Below, piece by piece: positions 32,828-34,366 of a stretch of 34,366 bases of DNA. This DNA is from Saprolegnia diclina VS20 (lineage: Eukaryota), in NCBI RefSeq assembly GCF_000281045.1, contig NW_008246110.1:76655-111020 (forward strand), read 5' to 3'. Under the pieces are notes generated by a model, which was not told the origin of the DNA, searched no databases, and saw only the letters and a program-made list of their open reading frames with translations. The stretch's first letter is position 1. Each line of letters opens with the position of its first letter. Made by a program: the position numbers and the translations under genes.

Positions 32828-34366
32828 CTACAATGCTAGTGCACTACTTGTGGCAAGTCGTGCAATTGCAGTTTCAAGCGAAGCAAGTCGCTGATGCATC
32901 TGCGCTGCGTCAGCGGCTACCTGCTGCTCGAGGACCGACAACCGTTTCAGAAGCTCGGCGTTGGCTGCGCTTGTCATCTGGAGTTGCTCTTGAAAAGCAG
33001 TGGATTGGTCGTTGAGGCGGCTCTCACACGCTTGCAGCTGGATGTCGAGTTTTTGAACTTGGGAAACAACGTACGGGATGAGCCCAATGTAGTTCATCGA
33101 AAGCATGCCGTTGCTGTCGGCGGACACGAGGTGGGGCAAGCACGTGGCGACTTCCTGCGCCAAGAAACCGGCTTGCAGACCTGGTGGTGCCCACGTTGTA
33201 TTGGTCCACTCAAACTCGACCTACGCAAAGTTATTCTCTATCGTACTTCATAGTACATAAAGGAATTTACCGGGTGGAGAGCATGAAAGACGGCCGATGT
33301 CACTGACGCCGAGCGTAGCACTCGCTTTAGCCGCGCGTCCGAGCGCTGTGTCATCGTTGCGCCAGAAATGGTGCTGTCCGACCAAATCTTACCGGCGACA
33401 CCGATGCCACCTGCGACTTGGAGGACACCCGTGGTAGACGACGAGGTATCTGTCGTTGAAGACAGCACCACGGTGCCTGATATTGTAGCGCCATTCCCAA
33501 ACGTCGTCGTTCCAGATACGTCGAGACCTCCGCTGAGCGAGGCGAGGCCGCTCACTCCAAGCGCACCTGTTGCTGTTACGTCGCCAGTGACTGCCGCACC
33601 GCCAGCACTGACAGTGAGCCCAGCGGTACCAATGGTAGCGCCGGCTGAGAGCGTCGCGATACCAGAGACAACGAGTGTGCCCGTTGCAGTGACAGTACCA
33701 GTAATAGCGCAGCCGCCCGACGACACGACGAGACCGCCGGCGACAGAGGCCCCATCGGCAGCCACAACAAGGCCACCTCGTTGAATCGTTGTCACGCCAT
33801 CGCCACGCACGTCGAAGAGCGCCGTTGTCGTGCCACTGGCGTACATTCGGAGCATGTAAAAGGTTGAGGCAGGCGCCGCTGCGGCTGTTACCTTGAGCAC
33901 CACCATATTGTTGGCGGGTGTGAGGGTACTCGCTGAGGATGCAATGGTGGCGACGTTGGCTCCGTCGACCGAGTTCGTGATCGAAGCCGTTGAGGCAACG
34001 GATAGCGCTGCATTCAGCGTGGTAGTGCCAGTAACAACAAGCGTGCTACCCGCCGCGACAGCCCCGGAGAGCGTTGAAGTACCAGTCACTGCAAGAGTAG
34101 AATCGAGGGCCGTCGCCCCGACGACGTGCAGCGTGCTCGATGCCGTCACCGCGCCAGTCACGGCAAGAGTAGAATCGAGGGCCGTCGCCCCGACGACGTG
34201 CAGCGTGCTCGATGCCGTCACCGCGCCAGCAATGGAGGCGGTCCCTGTCGACACGACGAGGTTGCCTTGGTGCAGCGTCGTCGTGCCGTCGCCAAGCACG
34301 TCGAAGAGCGCCGTTGTCGTGCCACTGGCGTACATTCGGAGCATGTAGAAGGTTGAGGCAGGCGCC
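32828..34366 (-). CDS. 3' part of a fibre-like beta-repeat protein with a C-terminal Peptidase_S74 (intramolecular chaperone, autocleaving) domain and coiled coil; intron 33221-33270; 5' end outside the window
   Basis: Gly/Ala/Thr/Ser/Val repeats (GxLxVxGxxxL) are followed by TDTSSSTTGVLQVAGGIGVAG. The domain then reads SDARLKR...HALHP|VEFEWTNTTWAPPGLQAGFLAQEVATCLPHLVSADSNGMLSMNYIGLIPYVVSQVQKL, followed by a heptad tail and TAG at 32828-32830. The 50-nt GT-AG intron restores the frame. Confidence 0.88.
33807..34366. repeat. Dispersed direct repeat, 33807-33877 versus 34296-34366 (offset 489 bp = 163 aa); runs off the window end
   Basis: The 71-bp copies differ at one position. Both encode APASTFYMLRMYASGTTTALFDV. 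Confidence 0.92.
34082..34229. repeat. 72-bp tandem duplication (2 copies) encoding a 24-aa fibre repeat
   Basis: Near-identical units start at 34082 and 34154. They encode GAVTASSTLHVVGATALDSTLAVT twice on the minus strand. Confidence 0.92.

Noticed and set aside
32828..34366. S74/fibre gene as phage or bacterial contamination or a prophage
   Set aside because: A canonical spliceosomal intron lies inside the domain, the flanking genes are eukaryotic, and there are no other phage genes in the window.

Overview
This is eukaryotic, GC-rich, gene-dense DNA with many short (about 40-55 nt) GT-AG introns. It is most consistent with an oomycete, probably Saprolegniales; this is inferred from Inr/FPR core-promoter motifs, HGG-type zinc-finger genes, intron size and gene content. 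I can support about 15 protein-coding genes: a type II NADH dehydrogenase, a hypothetical protein, a giant p25alpha/WW/Sfi1-like repeat protein, an RNI-like LRR protein, an orphan 7TM protein, DNA polymerase eta, two paralogous HGG zinc-finger proteins, a GH47 mannosidase, APC11, VPS37, a TPR-GT41 (OGT-like) enzyme with an apparent signal peptide, a double-SCP2 peroxisomal protein, a Lys-rich signal-anchored protein, and the 3' part of a phage-tail-fibre-like repeat protein ending in an intron-split Peptidase_S74 autocleaving chaperone domain. Four things stand out. (1) The intron-containing fibre/S74 gene. (2) The apparently secretory OGT-like GT41. (3) A perfect 38-bp-arm hairpin at 29807-29892. 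(4) The TPPP+WW+Sfi1-like fusion. I saw no rRNA, tRNA, CRISPR array or transposase. All exon models were read by eye and no database search was run.
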